NCBI GenBank assembly: GCA_048938895.1
Contig: JBHLLU010000036.1
Location: forward strand, 1-24,691
Direction of reading: 5' to 3'
Source of the DNA: Promethearchaeota archaeon
GTDB taxonomy: Archaea > Asgardarchaeota > Lokiarchaeia > Sigyniarchaeales > SOKP01
DNA length: 24,691 bases
Below the pieces are notes generated by a model, which saw nothing but the letters and a program-made list of their open reading frames with translations, searched no databases and was not told the DNA's origin. Positions 9,362 to 18,488 of the stretch are shown piece after piece (position 1 is the stretch's first letter; each line of letters begins with the position of its first letter). A program made the translations under genes and the position numbers.

Positions 9362-9432
9362 CGACCTTATAAATTATATTTAATCCTTTATATTATTTAT
9401 AGATTAATTGTATTTTCAAAACAAATAGAAGT

Positions 9433-10548
9433 GTGCCTGAAAGTTTGGTGAAATCAGTAAAAATATTTGGGGCTGCATTAGATGCATCAGATTTCGCTCT
9501 TAGTCTTCAATTTAAATTAAATTATCTAAACAAATTGAATCACAATCTGATTGAACTTAACCAACCAAATTTTGCTGATCCCTATGAAGGACTACTTTTA
9601 TTCAGTCGAGTGTTGTTAAAAGATAAATATCTTAAAATTGGTAAATTTCCCATTGAATCTTGGTTGACTCCTAAACCAAATATAAAAGACTTATCCCTAA
9701 TCGACCAATTAGAGTTCCAAAATTTTAACAAAAGAGGTGCTATTAGAACTTATTCAGATAAACTAGAATGTTATGTTAGAAAAAATGTAATACCTGATTT
9801 TCCTCTAATGATTGGAGTAGATCATTCCTTAACTGGTGGTGTTTTATCTGCATTATCTAAGGAGTATGGAGCAGAAGATTTGTTGGTACTTATTTTTGAT
9901 GCCCATTTCGATGGATTACCCGCAAGTATTTCATTAAATATTGCTAAATATATGAACGAACACCCTGTGGAGATAAATCCTTTGATTTCAGAAGATATTA
10001 AAGCTGCTAATGAAAATTATGATGTTGTGGACAACTATACTTGTGCTTCATTTTTATACTTTCTTTTGAGAGAAAAAATTGTTATTCCTGAAAATCTAAT
10101 CATCTTTGGGTGTCAAGATTATCCAGATGAACACTTTCGGTCTATAGATGATTCAAGAATCTTAGAATATGTTCAATTTTATGATGAAATGGAGCAACTA
10201 GGAGTGCAATTTATTCCGAAATCTAAGCCCTCAACAATGATCAGCAGATTAATGAATAGTTTAAAAGAGACTGAAAAAGCAAAGATGTATATTTCTTTTG
10301 ATACTGATGTAGGGGCTTTGAAAGAAATCATCGCGACTAGGTTTAGGAATGTTATCGGTATCGATCAATCAACAATAATAAATGCCGCAAAAAGCATAAA
10401 AAATATATTGGACTCAAAAAAGATCGACTTATTAGGGTTGGATATAATGGAGATTGAAACTCATTTACTTAATAGGATTTTTCCTAAATCAGGTAGGAAA
10501 GATCAAACTCTAGAAGTTATAGATAATTTTTTAAACTTTTTTTTGTGA
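9433..10548 (+). CDS. Ureohydrolase (arginase/agmatinase/formiminoglutamase) family protein, divergent
   Basis: Metal-ligand motifs GVDHSLT, FDAHFD, YISFDTDV and the GLDIMEI strand. Confidence 0.85.
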   Translation: MPESLVKSVKIFGAALDASDFALSLQFKLNYLNKLNHNLIELNQPNFADPYEGLLLFSRVLLKDKYLKIGKFPIESWLTPKPNIKDLSLIDQLEFQNFNKRGAIRTYSDKLECYVRKNVIPDFPLMIGVDHSLTGGVLSALSKEYGAEDLLVLIFDAHFDGLPASISLNIAKYMNEHPVEINPLISEDIKAANENYDVVDNYTCASFLYFLLREKIVIPENLIIFGCQDYPDEHFRSIDDSRILEYVQFYDEMEQLGVQFIPKSKPSTMISRLMNSLKETEKAKMYISFDTDVGALKEIIATRFRNVIGIDQSTIINAAKSIKNILDSKKIDLLGLDIMEIETHLLNRIFPKSGRKDQTLEVIDNFLNFFL

Positions 10549-10566
10549 GGGAATTTACAGTACGAT

Positions 10567-11229
10567 TTATTTTCCTATAGGACATGATTCAATACACCTA
10601 TTACATTCGATCACCGTATTATCAGACAAGTTTCTTTTATGAGATTCCAAATAAGCATAACATTTCTCCCGAATATATTTCCCATCTATAAATGCATTTG
10701 CAGGACATGCCTTAATACATAGATTACATTCATTACAATATTTACTTTCAGTTATTACCTGTCCACAAATGAGTGGAGCTGTTGTTGCAATTGCTCTTAA
10801 TCTTACCTGTGAACCAAATTTCTCAGTGATTAATAAGTTATTTTTTCCAATTGGTCCAATTCCAGCTAAAGCAGCTGCTTCCTTTAAAAATAATCCGGGG
10901 CTATAGGGAATCACCCTAGAATTAAAACCTCTTTTTAGAAGGAAACGACGAACTCCATGACAGAACTGTTCTACGACCGCGTCGGCAAATTGGTGTGTCC
11001 ATATTCCCTCTCCTTCTTTATGGCTCCAAGCATCAAGAATAATATCATAAAGGTGAAATCCAATGATAATTACTGTACGCGAGTCTTTAATGAATTTAGT
11101 TGGTCGATTCTCGTCTGGATAACGCTCAAACAATAGTGGATCTGCAAATCCTACTACGTCTACCCCAATATTCTCGCAATAATCCCTTACTTGGTTAGTT
11201 AAGCTTTGATCTCTTTCCATGATAATCAT
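10567..11229 (-). CDS. Epoxyqueuosine reductase (QueG)/reductive dehalogenase-like 2x[4Fe-4S] protein
   Basis: G.DVVGFAD, KEAAALAGIGPIGKNNLLITEKFGSQVRLRAIATTAPL, CNECNLCIKACP, C...ECNRCIESCP. Start may be one of the following Met codons. Confidence 0.87.
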   Translation of the reverse strand: MIIMERDQSLTNQVRDYCENIGVDVVGFADPLLFERYPDENRPTKFIKDSRTVIIIGFHLYDIILDAWSHKEGEGIWTHQFADAVVEQFCHGVRRFLLKRGFNSRVIPYSPGLFLKEAAALAGIGPIGKNNLLITEKFGSQVRLRAIATTAPLICGQVITESKYCNECNLCIKACPANAFIDGKYIREKCYAYLESHKRNLSDNTVIECNRCIESCPIGK

Positions 11230-11492
11230 TCTAATTTTTAATTTCTTATTAGCTGGATACTAAAATAAAACTCGATATTTTCCTATTAAAGCGTGAAACC
11301 ACAGTTTTTTAATTTATTTTCCATATATTTATTATAGAAACCAAATTAAATAGGTTAATATTATAATAAAATATTATTAAGGTTAATTTATACAAGATCT
11401 ATAACCAATATCATTTAACAGATCAATAAAAGTTTAATCGAAAAAATCCGAATTTTAGGTTTTAAGTTTAGATTGGGAAAAGGTATTTAAGG

Positions 11493-12026
11493 ATGTATGA
11501 CGCTACTTATAAGGTAGTAATTTTCGGCGATGCGGGATGTGGTAAAACCACACTCACTCAGAGATTTCTAACTAACTTATTTAAGGGTGACACTAAAATG
11601 ACAATTGGTGTAGATTTTGAGGTAAAAAGTTTAGAAATAAATGAAAAAAAGGTAAAACTACAAATCTGGGATTTTGGTGGTGAAGAACGATTCAGATTTT
11701 TATTACCCACCTACGTTAGAGGTGCTAATGGTGCACTTTTTATGTATGATGTCACCAATTATTCATCATTAGCCCATATTGACGATTGGCTCTTAGTTGT
11801 GCGAAAGGAAATCAAAACTGACCAAGATATATTCCCAATTATCGTAGTCGGTGGAAAAGCAGATTTACTAGATGATAGAGAAGTATCTGGAGATGAAGGT
11901 ATAAATATTGCAAAATCAAGAGGAGTAGACGGATTTATTGAGTGTAGTTCTAAAACGGGGGAAAATGTCGATGAGACTTTTGATGCTTTAACGAGATTAA
12001 TGATGCAAAAATCAAAATTATTATAA
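11493..12026 (+). CDS. Rab-like small GTPase (Ras superfamily), Asgard eukaryotic signature protein
   Basis: G1 GDAGCGKT, G2 TIGVDF, KLQIWDFGGEERF, YVRGANGA..YDVT, G4 GGKAD, G5 ECSSKTGENV. No C-terminal Cys prenylation motif. Confidence 0.96.
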   Translation: MYDATYKVVIFGDAGCGKTTLTQRFLTNLFKGDTKMTIGVDFEVKSLEINEKKVKLQIWDFGGEERFRFLLPTYVRGANGALFMYDVTNYSSLAHIDDWLLVVRKEIKTDQDIFPIIVVGGKADLLDDREVSGDEGINIAKSRGVDGFIECSSKTGENVDETFDALTRLMMQKSKLL

Positions 12027-12044
12027 AACAAATAATAGTAGTTT

Positions 12045-12983
12045 TTAGATTTCTATATCTTGGCTCTCTAATGCTTCTTGCTGTTTTAATCTAAGAGTTT
12101 TCCTTCTGCTAGAAACCATTATCTGAAAATCCAAATCTTTCTTATAATCATCCGAGAATTTTAAAATATTTTCAATAAGGCTATCATTATTACTTTCTTC
12201 TTTGATAAAAATACCATCAAATATAGGTATTTCAGAATACTTTCCTACTAAAATTTCAAGCATTTCTTCGGGTAATACATCAGATCTGTCTTTAATTGCT
12301 ATACCCATCATTTCTTCTAGCTTGTCATACATTTCTCGTTTACTAAATTGGCAGAGAACACATTTAGAACTACGATTCTTGAAAATATTTAAAATTGTTA
12401 TCCCAATTAGGAATTTGAAATTCCGTATTAAAGTCTTCTTATCCCCACTCTGAAATTTTGCAATGTATTTATCAACATGTTTCTCAGCATCGAAATATAA
12501 ACCTGCAAAGAATAATGCTCTTTCAAAATAAGCGGGAACGATGCAAAATATTCTCGTAAACCAAAAAGGTTTTATCCTTTTTGGGGGATCTTCATAAAAA
12601 ATGTAGTATACAATCCTCCCATCTCTTTCTTTATATAGAGTCGATTCCTTTTTTAGCATATTCAGGTAAGTCGAAATTGTCGATCGGGCGATCTCCTTAA
12701 AGTATTTCTTATATTCTTGCTCAACCTCTCCTGTTGTAATCTTCTTTTTACCCTCTAAGTAAAATTTTAAAATTATTCCAAGAATTCTATTTTCATGGAG
12801 TCTTCCCGTTTTTATCTGCTGTTCTTCAGATTCATCTTCTCTAATCTGATATAAAAAAGCTATCTCCGGAGCAAATTCTTGTATTACTTTATCAATGATT
12901 AAAAGTTCAGAATCGTTTATTTGAATGCTATCAAACTTTCCAAGTTTGATATCTATGTCTTTAATTTTTGAATTTTCCGACAA
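12045..12983 (-). CDS. Putative winged helix-turn-helix DNA-binding protein with uncharacterised C-terminal domain
   Basis: ITTGEVEQEYKKYFKEIARSTISTYLNMLKKESTLYKERDGRIVYY fits a BlaI/ArsR-like wHTH; C-terminal region has CVLC. TTG start. Confidence 0.7.
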   Translation of the reverse strand: MSENSKIKDIDIKLGKFDSIQINDSELLIIDKVIQEFAPEIAFLYQIREDESEEQQIKTGRLHENRILGIILKFYLEGKKKITTGEVEQEYKKYFKEIARSTISTYLNMLKKESTLYKERDGRIVYYIFYEDPPKRIKPFWFTRIFCIVPAYFERALFFAGLYFDAEKHVDKYIAKFQSGDKKTLIRNFKFLIGITILNIFKNRSSKCVLCQFSKREMYDKLEEMMGIAIKDRSDVLPEEMLEILVGKYSEIPIFDGIFIKEESNNDSLIENILKFSDDYKKDLDFQIMVSSRRKTLRLKQQEALESQDIEI

Positions 12984-13242
12984 GCCTATTTACTCTTTTG
13001 TTTAATTTTTTTATATTTATTAATCACTATTTAAAAAAATAATACTTACTAATAATAATTTATGTTCGACTACGCTAGAAACTATCTGACTATACAATAG
13101 ACTGGTTTATTTATTTAAGTTGTGATGGATATCACTAATATTTCATAATATAGTGAAAGATATATAATATTGCAATTCTTCTAATTGATTAATATGTACC
13201 CTAGAAATATAGATTGAGATTCATATATACCATCATTCATCC

Positions 13243-15015
13243 CTATTTCTTATATAACGGATCTGCTTCTTGTAATGCTCGTCTCTGTACTTTTCCTATG
13301 AAGTTTTTTGGGAGTTCACCCATGATTGAAACCGAATAAGGACATTTGTATGGTGCCATATTCTTCATTGCCCAATCTTTAATAGATTGAGGGGATAAAT
13401 CACAATCCTCACGAATAGAAACCCATGCTTTTACTATTTCACCAAATTCTTCATGAGGTAACCCTGCAACAGCAGCCTCAGTAATGTTAGGATGTTTCAT
13501 TAGAAGCTCCTCAACCTCTTTAGGGAAAATGGAATATCCCTTGGATTTAATCATTTGTTTTTTTCTATCTCGTATCTCGATTGTTCCATCCTCATTCATA
13601 AATCCAATATCTCCTGTATGTAACCATCTTTTTCCATCATAAATTTTTAATGTTTCATCAGTTTCTTCTGGATTATCCAAGTATTTTATCATTACTTGAG
13701 GGCCAGTAATGCATATCTCCCCTGTGTGTTCGATACCAAAATTAACATCTTCAGGATTTCCTAAAGTAATCGGACCTTCCAAAAAGTTATCTACAGGCCA
13801 AATCCCCCATTCTGTACCAGGGAAAGGCATTCCAATACTACCAATTGGACTTTCACCGAATAAATTACCCGCACTCACCGCAGGACTTGCTTCTGATAAT
13901 CCATAGCCTTCAACAATTCTACCACCAGTATTCTTTACAAATTCATCACGGACCTGCCGATGTAATGGGCCTGCACTGGAAATACATAGAACTAATTTAC
14001 CCATTACCTTAGGGTACCTTCTCTTAAGGTTTTTGAATTCTGCCAATCTTTTAAACAACATCTCAGTACCTGCATAAATTAGACCTTCCTCACAAGGCAA
14101 TTGTTCGATTATTTCACATAACTCATTTTGGGAAGGCGGTGTTGGGAATAGCATTACCCATCCTCCTATAGTTAATGTTGTATTCATCACTACCGTATGA
14201 GCAAAACTATGAAATAATGGAAGGATTCCGATATTCCCTATCCCTGGCTTTTCCCCCCCTAACCACAACTTGCATTGTTCAGCATTAGATACTACATTGA
14301 AATGAGTTAACACTGCCGCTTTTGGTAAACCCGTGGTCCCTCCTGTCATTATATATGTCGCAGGATGAGTTGTTACATCAATATTTATGCTATCAGCTTC
14401 TGGTTTTGATTTAAGAAGATCTAAGAATTTTATCGCCCCAGGGAAATCCACTTTCCCTGCTGGAATTTTCTTTACAAACTTCCCAACTGCTTTTTTTATA
14501 CCTTTTATATTTGTAATATCTGCTAGATTGGTATATACTATTGTTTCTATATCAATATCATTAATAATTGGTTTAATAAATTGGTTATAAAGGGCATCTA
14601 ATACTATCAACACTTTAGCTTTTGTTATATCCAGTTGATGTAAAATTTCAATTGGTTGATATGTAGGATTGATACCACTGACTATTGCCCCAATCCTCGT
14701 AACTGCATAATATCCGATCATATATTGGATACAATTTGGCATATGTAGTGCAACAACATCACCACTTGTAATCCCTAAGTTTTTTAGTCCTGTAGCTAAT
14801 GATCTGACATAACTCTGAAATTGTTTATAAGTAATCCAGGTATCTAAGAACCAAATAAAGTTGCTATCTGCATATTTCTTAACCTGTTCATCTAGAAGTT
14901 CGTTTAGGGATTTTTCTTCAAATGTAGTATTGAAAGAAACACCCTCAGGCCACCATTTCTTAAACCATCGTTTATTCTCATCAACATAATAGGGATATGA
15001 AATATCTAACTCCAT
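13243..15015 (-). CDS. Long-chain fatty acid--CoA ligase (AMP-forming acyl-CoA synthetase, FadD-like)
   Basis: MTGGTTGLPKAA, LPLFHSF, EGYGLSEASP, GEICITGPQVM, WLHTGDIG, DRKKQMI, P.EVE, PKNFIGKVQRR. Confidence 0.95.
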   Translation of the reverse strand: MELDISYPYYVDENKRWFKKWWPEGVSFNTTFEEKSLNELLDEQVKKYADSNFIWFLDTWITYKQFQSYVRSLATGLKNLGITSGDVVALHMPNCIQYMIGYYAVTRIGAIVSGINPTYQPIEILHQLDITKAKVLIVLDALYNQFIKPIINDIDIETIVYTNLADITNIKGIKKAVGKFVKKIPAGKVDFPGAIKFLDLLKSKPEADSINIDVTTHPATYIMTGGTTGLPKAAVLTHFNVVSNAEQCKLWLGGEKPGIGNIGILPLFHSFAHTVVMNTTLTIGGWVMLFPTPPSQNELCEIIEQLPCEEGLIYAGTEMLFKRLAEFKNLKRRYPKVMGKLVLCISSAGPLHRQVRDEFVKNTGGRIVEGYGLSEASPAVSAGNLFGESPIGSIGMPFPGTEWGIWPVDNFLEGPITLGNPEDVNFGIEHTGEICITGPQVMIKYLDNPEETDETLKIYDGKRWLHTGDIGFMNEDGTIEIRDRKKQMIKSKGYSIFPKEVEELLMKHPNITEAAVAGLPHEEFGEIVKAWVSIREDCDLSPQSIKDWAMKNMAPYKCPYSVSIMGELPKNFIGKVQRRALQEADPLYKK

Positions 15016-15140
15016 ACAATATCACATTTACCAAGTTTTAAATACTGCTTTTGTGTGACTTAAGTTTCTCAGAATATAAAATTTGTCAAGTATAAAAAAA
15101 AGTAAAAAGTAAAAAAATAATAAAAAAAATTTATGAGATT

Positions 15141-17198
15141 TTAAAATCTACTATCCTTTCTTCTTTTAATTAATACTGTAGCGACACCTACCAGGCCAAC
15201 ACCTGCAATTAAAACTATTAAAGCCCAGAATCCCTCTGATTGGAAAACCATATATACTGAAAAGGTTGGATCATGCCAAACTCCGTAAGCAAGCCCATTA
15301 AATTCGGGATAACATACAGCATAGACCATTACATTAAATTCAGTAGTGATACTAATATCAGAGGCAAAAGTTTGAGACGTTGTACCATTTTCAAATGTAA
15401 ATGTGTCATGACGATCCATTTCCCACTCCCATAAAAGAAGTGGCATAATATTCGTACTTGCGTTATATTGAGGTGCTGTTGTTCTATCCATCCCATATTC
15501 ATAAAAAGGACCAGCAATATCTACAAAATCAAGCTTTTGAGCGGCTTTCTTGCCAATATAATTTCCTACCTTTAATTGATTAGACGTTTCTATATAATCT
15601 TCTTCTGGGTCTAAAAGTACTTCAGGGTCTGTTGGAATTTCATTCACAGCAACATTTAAGTGGAAGTGTAATACAGTTGAAACATAGATAATGGCTAAAT
15701 CTAGCCCTGCGATAGCTGCATTCGGTCCGGAACCCCCATTCCAAGGTGCAAAAAATTGATCTAATTTTAATAAACCTTTTGCCACTTTCAGATCAGGATC
15801 TTTAGTTGGAATAAATGTAAATCCAAAATAAATATACTCTAAATTTTCCTCTGGTGCTTTCAAATATGAATCTAAATCGACGAACATCGGTACCGCAGAA
15901 ATGTTTGCATTCCTTAAAGTTAAACCCCAAGATATGCTTTTATCATCTCTATTAATTTTTGGTTTACTAAAGACGAAATCTTCAACTGTACCTAAAATAA
16001 GTCTGTGGGTAAGTTCAGAACTTTGCGGAAGCTGCATCGGATCGCCTTCTGAGTCCAATACTGGTTGACCAAGATTATCTGTTACATTTGCATAGTTAGC
16101 AGAAATTCTTCCGTCTGGAATAGCATCATCATATAAGAAGGCACCTGCCAAATGATGTGTAAATAAATATAATTCAATATCACATCCACTAAAGGCATTA
16201 GCAATCATTTGCTCTGGTGATCCGCCAATACCCCTTGCAGCATTAAGAATTTCAGAAACATCAATATGAATCTCAAAATTTTTAACCCATAATTGGATCA
16301 AATCAAAAGAAAATTGAGTCCACACCGTTTCTGCTAGATCTCCAGGTACAGTTGAGGTTAAAAGCCATTCAACATAGCTATCTTTCCATGTTGTTGCATT
16401 ATTCATCCAATCTGCTAAATATGGTGCAGGCACAGGACTATCATCCCCTCCACCAATGGCATAATCTGGACCAGTTAACCAATAGGTTTTACTAAGGGAA
16501 TAATTATATGGATCAATATTTAACTTCTGCCATGTAATGGGATTTAAGATAAATAATTCATCCCCGGTAAATATATCATTAATATGAATCAAAAACCAAG
16601 TTAAAACGGAAATACCTTCTTGAATTAAATCCCTGGGTACTTCTTGCCCCAATACATCCTGATAATAAATCAATTTCTTGAAGAAACCCAATAATTTATT
16701 TACTGCCTCAATAAATGACTTATCATTATCCCATATAACAAGTGTTACGGCAGCACCGATTTCTAAACTAAAAGAATAACTTCCCGACTTTGTGACCTCA
16801 CAATAAGCAATTCCCTCATCTACAGGGGTGTTATAGTCTCTTGGGAAATAATAATATTCTTTTTCAGTTCCTGTAAAGTTTTTTGTTCCTGAAATATGTC
16901 GAGTTGTATTTGCACTTAAAACATAAACATTCTTCAATGTTTCATGTGAGTTGAGATCTAATCCCTGTAATAATATTGTTTGAAATACTGTTCCTAATAT
17001 TGCTCCAGCATAACCCAGATTTTCACCAAAGAGTGCTCCAAAGCCACCTCGAAAACCATCAAAAATGCCAACATCCTGGTCGAAACCATAATTATCATCT
17101 GTGGTATTTAATTCACCATTTACAGCAAGAGGCATTGAACCAATCGAAACGAATAGTATTGTAAAAATCATTAATGATTTGGTGTTTATACTTTTCAT
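15141..17198 (-). CDS. Large secreted, C-terminally membrane-anchored cell-surface (glyco)protein of unknown function
   Basis: Signal peptide MKSINTKSLMIFTILFVSIGSMPLA from the ATG at 17198 (preceded by GGTGA; ORF track starts at 17207); acidic ectodomain with 9 N-x-S/T sequons; YP.F.G...WHDPTF then a single TM helix and a basic tail KRRKDSRF. Confidence 0.8.
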   Translation of the reverse strand: MKSINTKSLMIFTILFVSIGSMPLAVNGELNTTDDNYGFDQDVGIFDGFRGGFGALFGENLGYAGAILGTVFQTILLQGLDLNSHETLKNVYVLSANTTRHISGTKNFTGTEKEYYYFPRDYNTPVDEGIAYCEVTKSGSYSFSLEIGAAVTLVIWDNDKSFIEAVNKLLGFFKKLIYYQDVLGQEVPRDLIQEGISVLTWFLIHINDIFTGDELFILNPITWQKLNIDPYNYSLSKTYWLTGPDYAIGGGDDSPVPAPYLADWMNNATTWKDSYVEWLLTSTVPGDLAETVWTQFSFDLIQLWVKNFEIHIDVSEILNAARGIGGSPEQMIANAFSGCDIELYLFTHHLAGAFLYDDAIPDGRISANYANVTDNLGQPVLDSEGDPMQLPQSSELTHRLILGTVEDFVFSKPKINRDDKSISWGLTLRNANISAVPMFVDLDSYLKAPEENLEYIYFGFTFIPTKDPDLKVAKGLLKLDQFFAPWNGGSGPNAAIAGLDLAIIYVSTVLHFHLNVAVNEIPTDPEVLLDPEEDYIETSNQLKVGNYIGKKAAQKLDFVDIAGPFYEYGMDRTTAPQYNASTNIMPLLLWEWEMDRHDTFTFENGTTSQTFASDISITTEFNVMVYAVCYPEFNGLAYGVWHDPTFSVYMVFQSEGFWALIVLIAGVGLVGVATVLIKRRKDSRF

Positions 17199-17339
17199 AA
17201 TCACCACATTTTTTTTAAAATTGGTTAAAGTATTAAAATAATAAATAAAATTTGGCTTTTTAATAATTTACCTTCTAATCTAGTAGAATCTTTAAAAATT
17301 AAAAAGATATTATCAATTCTGGAAAATTTTGCTACGATT

Positions 17340-18344
17340 TTACTCTATCCGCAAGAAAGTATAAAAAAATACGAAAAGATATAAAATTGCTGAAACTAGT
17401 AGACTCCAGACTCTTAAAATCTGAGATATCTCAGAGCTTGTAAAAATAACATTAGAACCAATAAACACTGCAGCAATAAAATATCCTAATAAATGACTTT
17501 TAAAACTTTTAATTTTAGTTTTTCCTCGTATGAGATTTACAAATGAGATAAAGATAATGATCACAAATCCAATGATATAGAAGAAATTTATCACCTCAAA
17601 ACCGAAAATATCTAAGTATAGAAAACATCCGAATAATACAATCTCAAGTATTCTCACGTTCCAAAACCTTTGCTTTTGTGATGGTTCCATAAACAACTGT
17701 TCATATTCAGCTACTCCGGAGGTCATAAAAAGAATTATCAAAGATCCGATTGCTAGTGCTGTAAATAATGAATATGAAATAATATAGAGATATGGAAGAA
17801 TAGGTACCCAAATAACATTCCATAAAAAATCCAGTAAATTAAGATATTCTGGTAGTACTATAATTGAACAGAAAACAGGAAGAATAGCAAAAATAATCAT
17901 CATAATCCATGTTAGAGTCGAAATTTTAGTATCTTCTTCCCATCTTTTCTTTTTAAAAGTAGTTAACCTCCATGCAAATGAGGCAAAACTTACCACCGAA
18001 ACTAAAGGTGTAATAAATGGGAATACAAAAATGAATAGAATATAAACAGCGTTAACCCCATAGAAAAATTTTAATCTTGAAGGGACTACGCTAATAGTTT
18101 TATCAATATCATCTAATGTATCTGAAAAACGTTCGGCAAATAAAATTAAAAAAAAAAGCCAAGATACGCAAAACACAATAGGGCAGAGTAATTTTATTAA
18201 TCCTACTTTAAGGGTATTATCATTCGAAAACCATAAATTAAAATCTGCCAGATTATAAATTAAGAAGATTGCTACAGGTAGGAGAATAATTGTAAGTAAA
18301 ATTATCAATCGACTTACTATTAAACCTTTAACCTCCTTTGGCAT
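17340..18344 (-). CDS. Polytopic membrane protein of unknown function (about 9-10 TM)
   Basis: Repeated approximately 20-residue hydrophobic segments; no family motif recognised. ATG at 18344 preferred over GTG at 18359. Confidence 0.8.
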   Translation of the reverse strand: MPKEVKGLIVSRLIILLTIILLPVAIFLIYNLADFNLWFSNDNTLKVGLIKLLCPIVFCVSWLFFLILFAERFSDTLDDIDKTISVVPSRLKFFYGVNAVYILFIFVFPFITPLVSVVSFASFAWRLTTFKKKRWEEDTKISTLTWIMMIIFAILPVFCSIIVLPEYLNLLDFLWNVIWVPILPYLYIISYSLFTALAIGSLIILFMTSGVAEYEQLFMEPSQKQRFWNVRILEIVLFGCFLYLDIFGFEVINFFYIIGFVIIIFISFVNLIRGKTKIKSFKSHLLGYFIAAVFIGSNVIFTSSEISQILRVWSLLVSAILYLFVFFYTFLRIE

Positions 18345-18488
18345 TAGCTCTATTACCACATTGAACTTTTAATATTATAATAGAAATGTTATTAATATTT
18401 TTATGTTCCTCTGACATTAAAACATTATCTTTAATTTGCTCCTTTTCATTGACATCACTTTTAAACAAAAAAATAATTTTAGTTTATA

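Noticed and set aside
11230-11492. Possible ncRNA or repeat array in the spacer before the GTPase (AGGTTAAT twice)
   Set aside because: No GC-rich stem or regular periodicity; adequately explained as divergent promoters.
18385-18455. Nested ATGT/ACAT inverted motifs in the spacer upstream of the multi-TM gene
   Set aside because: Arms are only 4-6 bp in very AT-rich DNA, which is compatible with chance.
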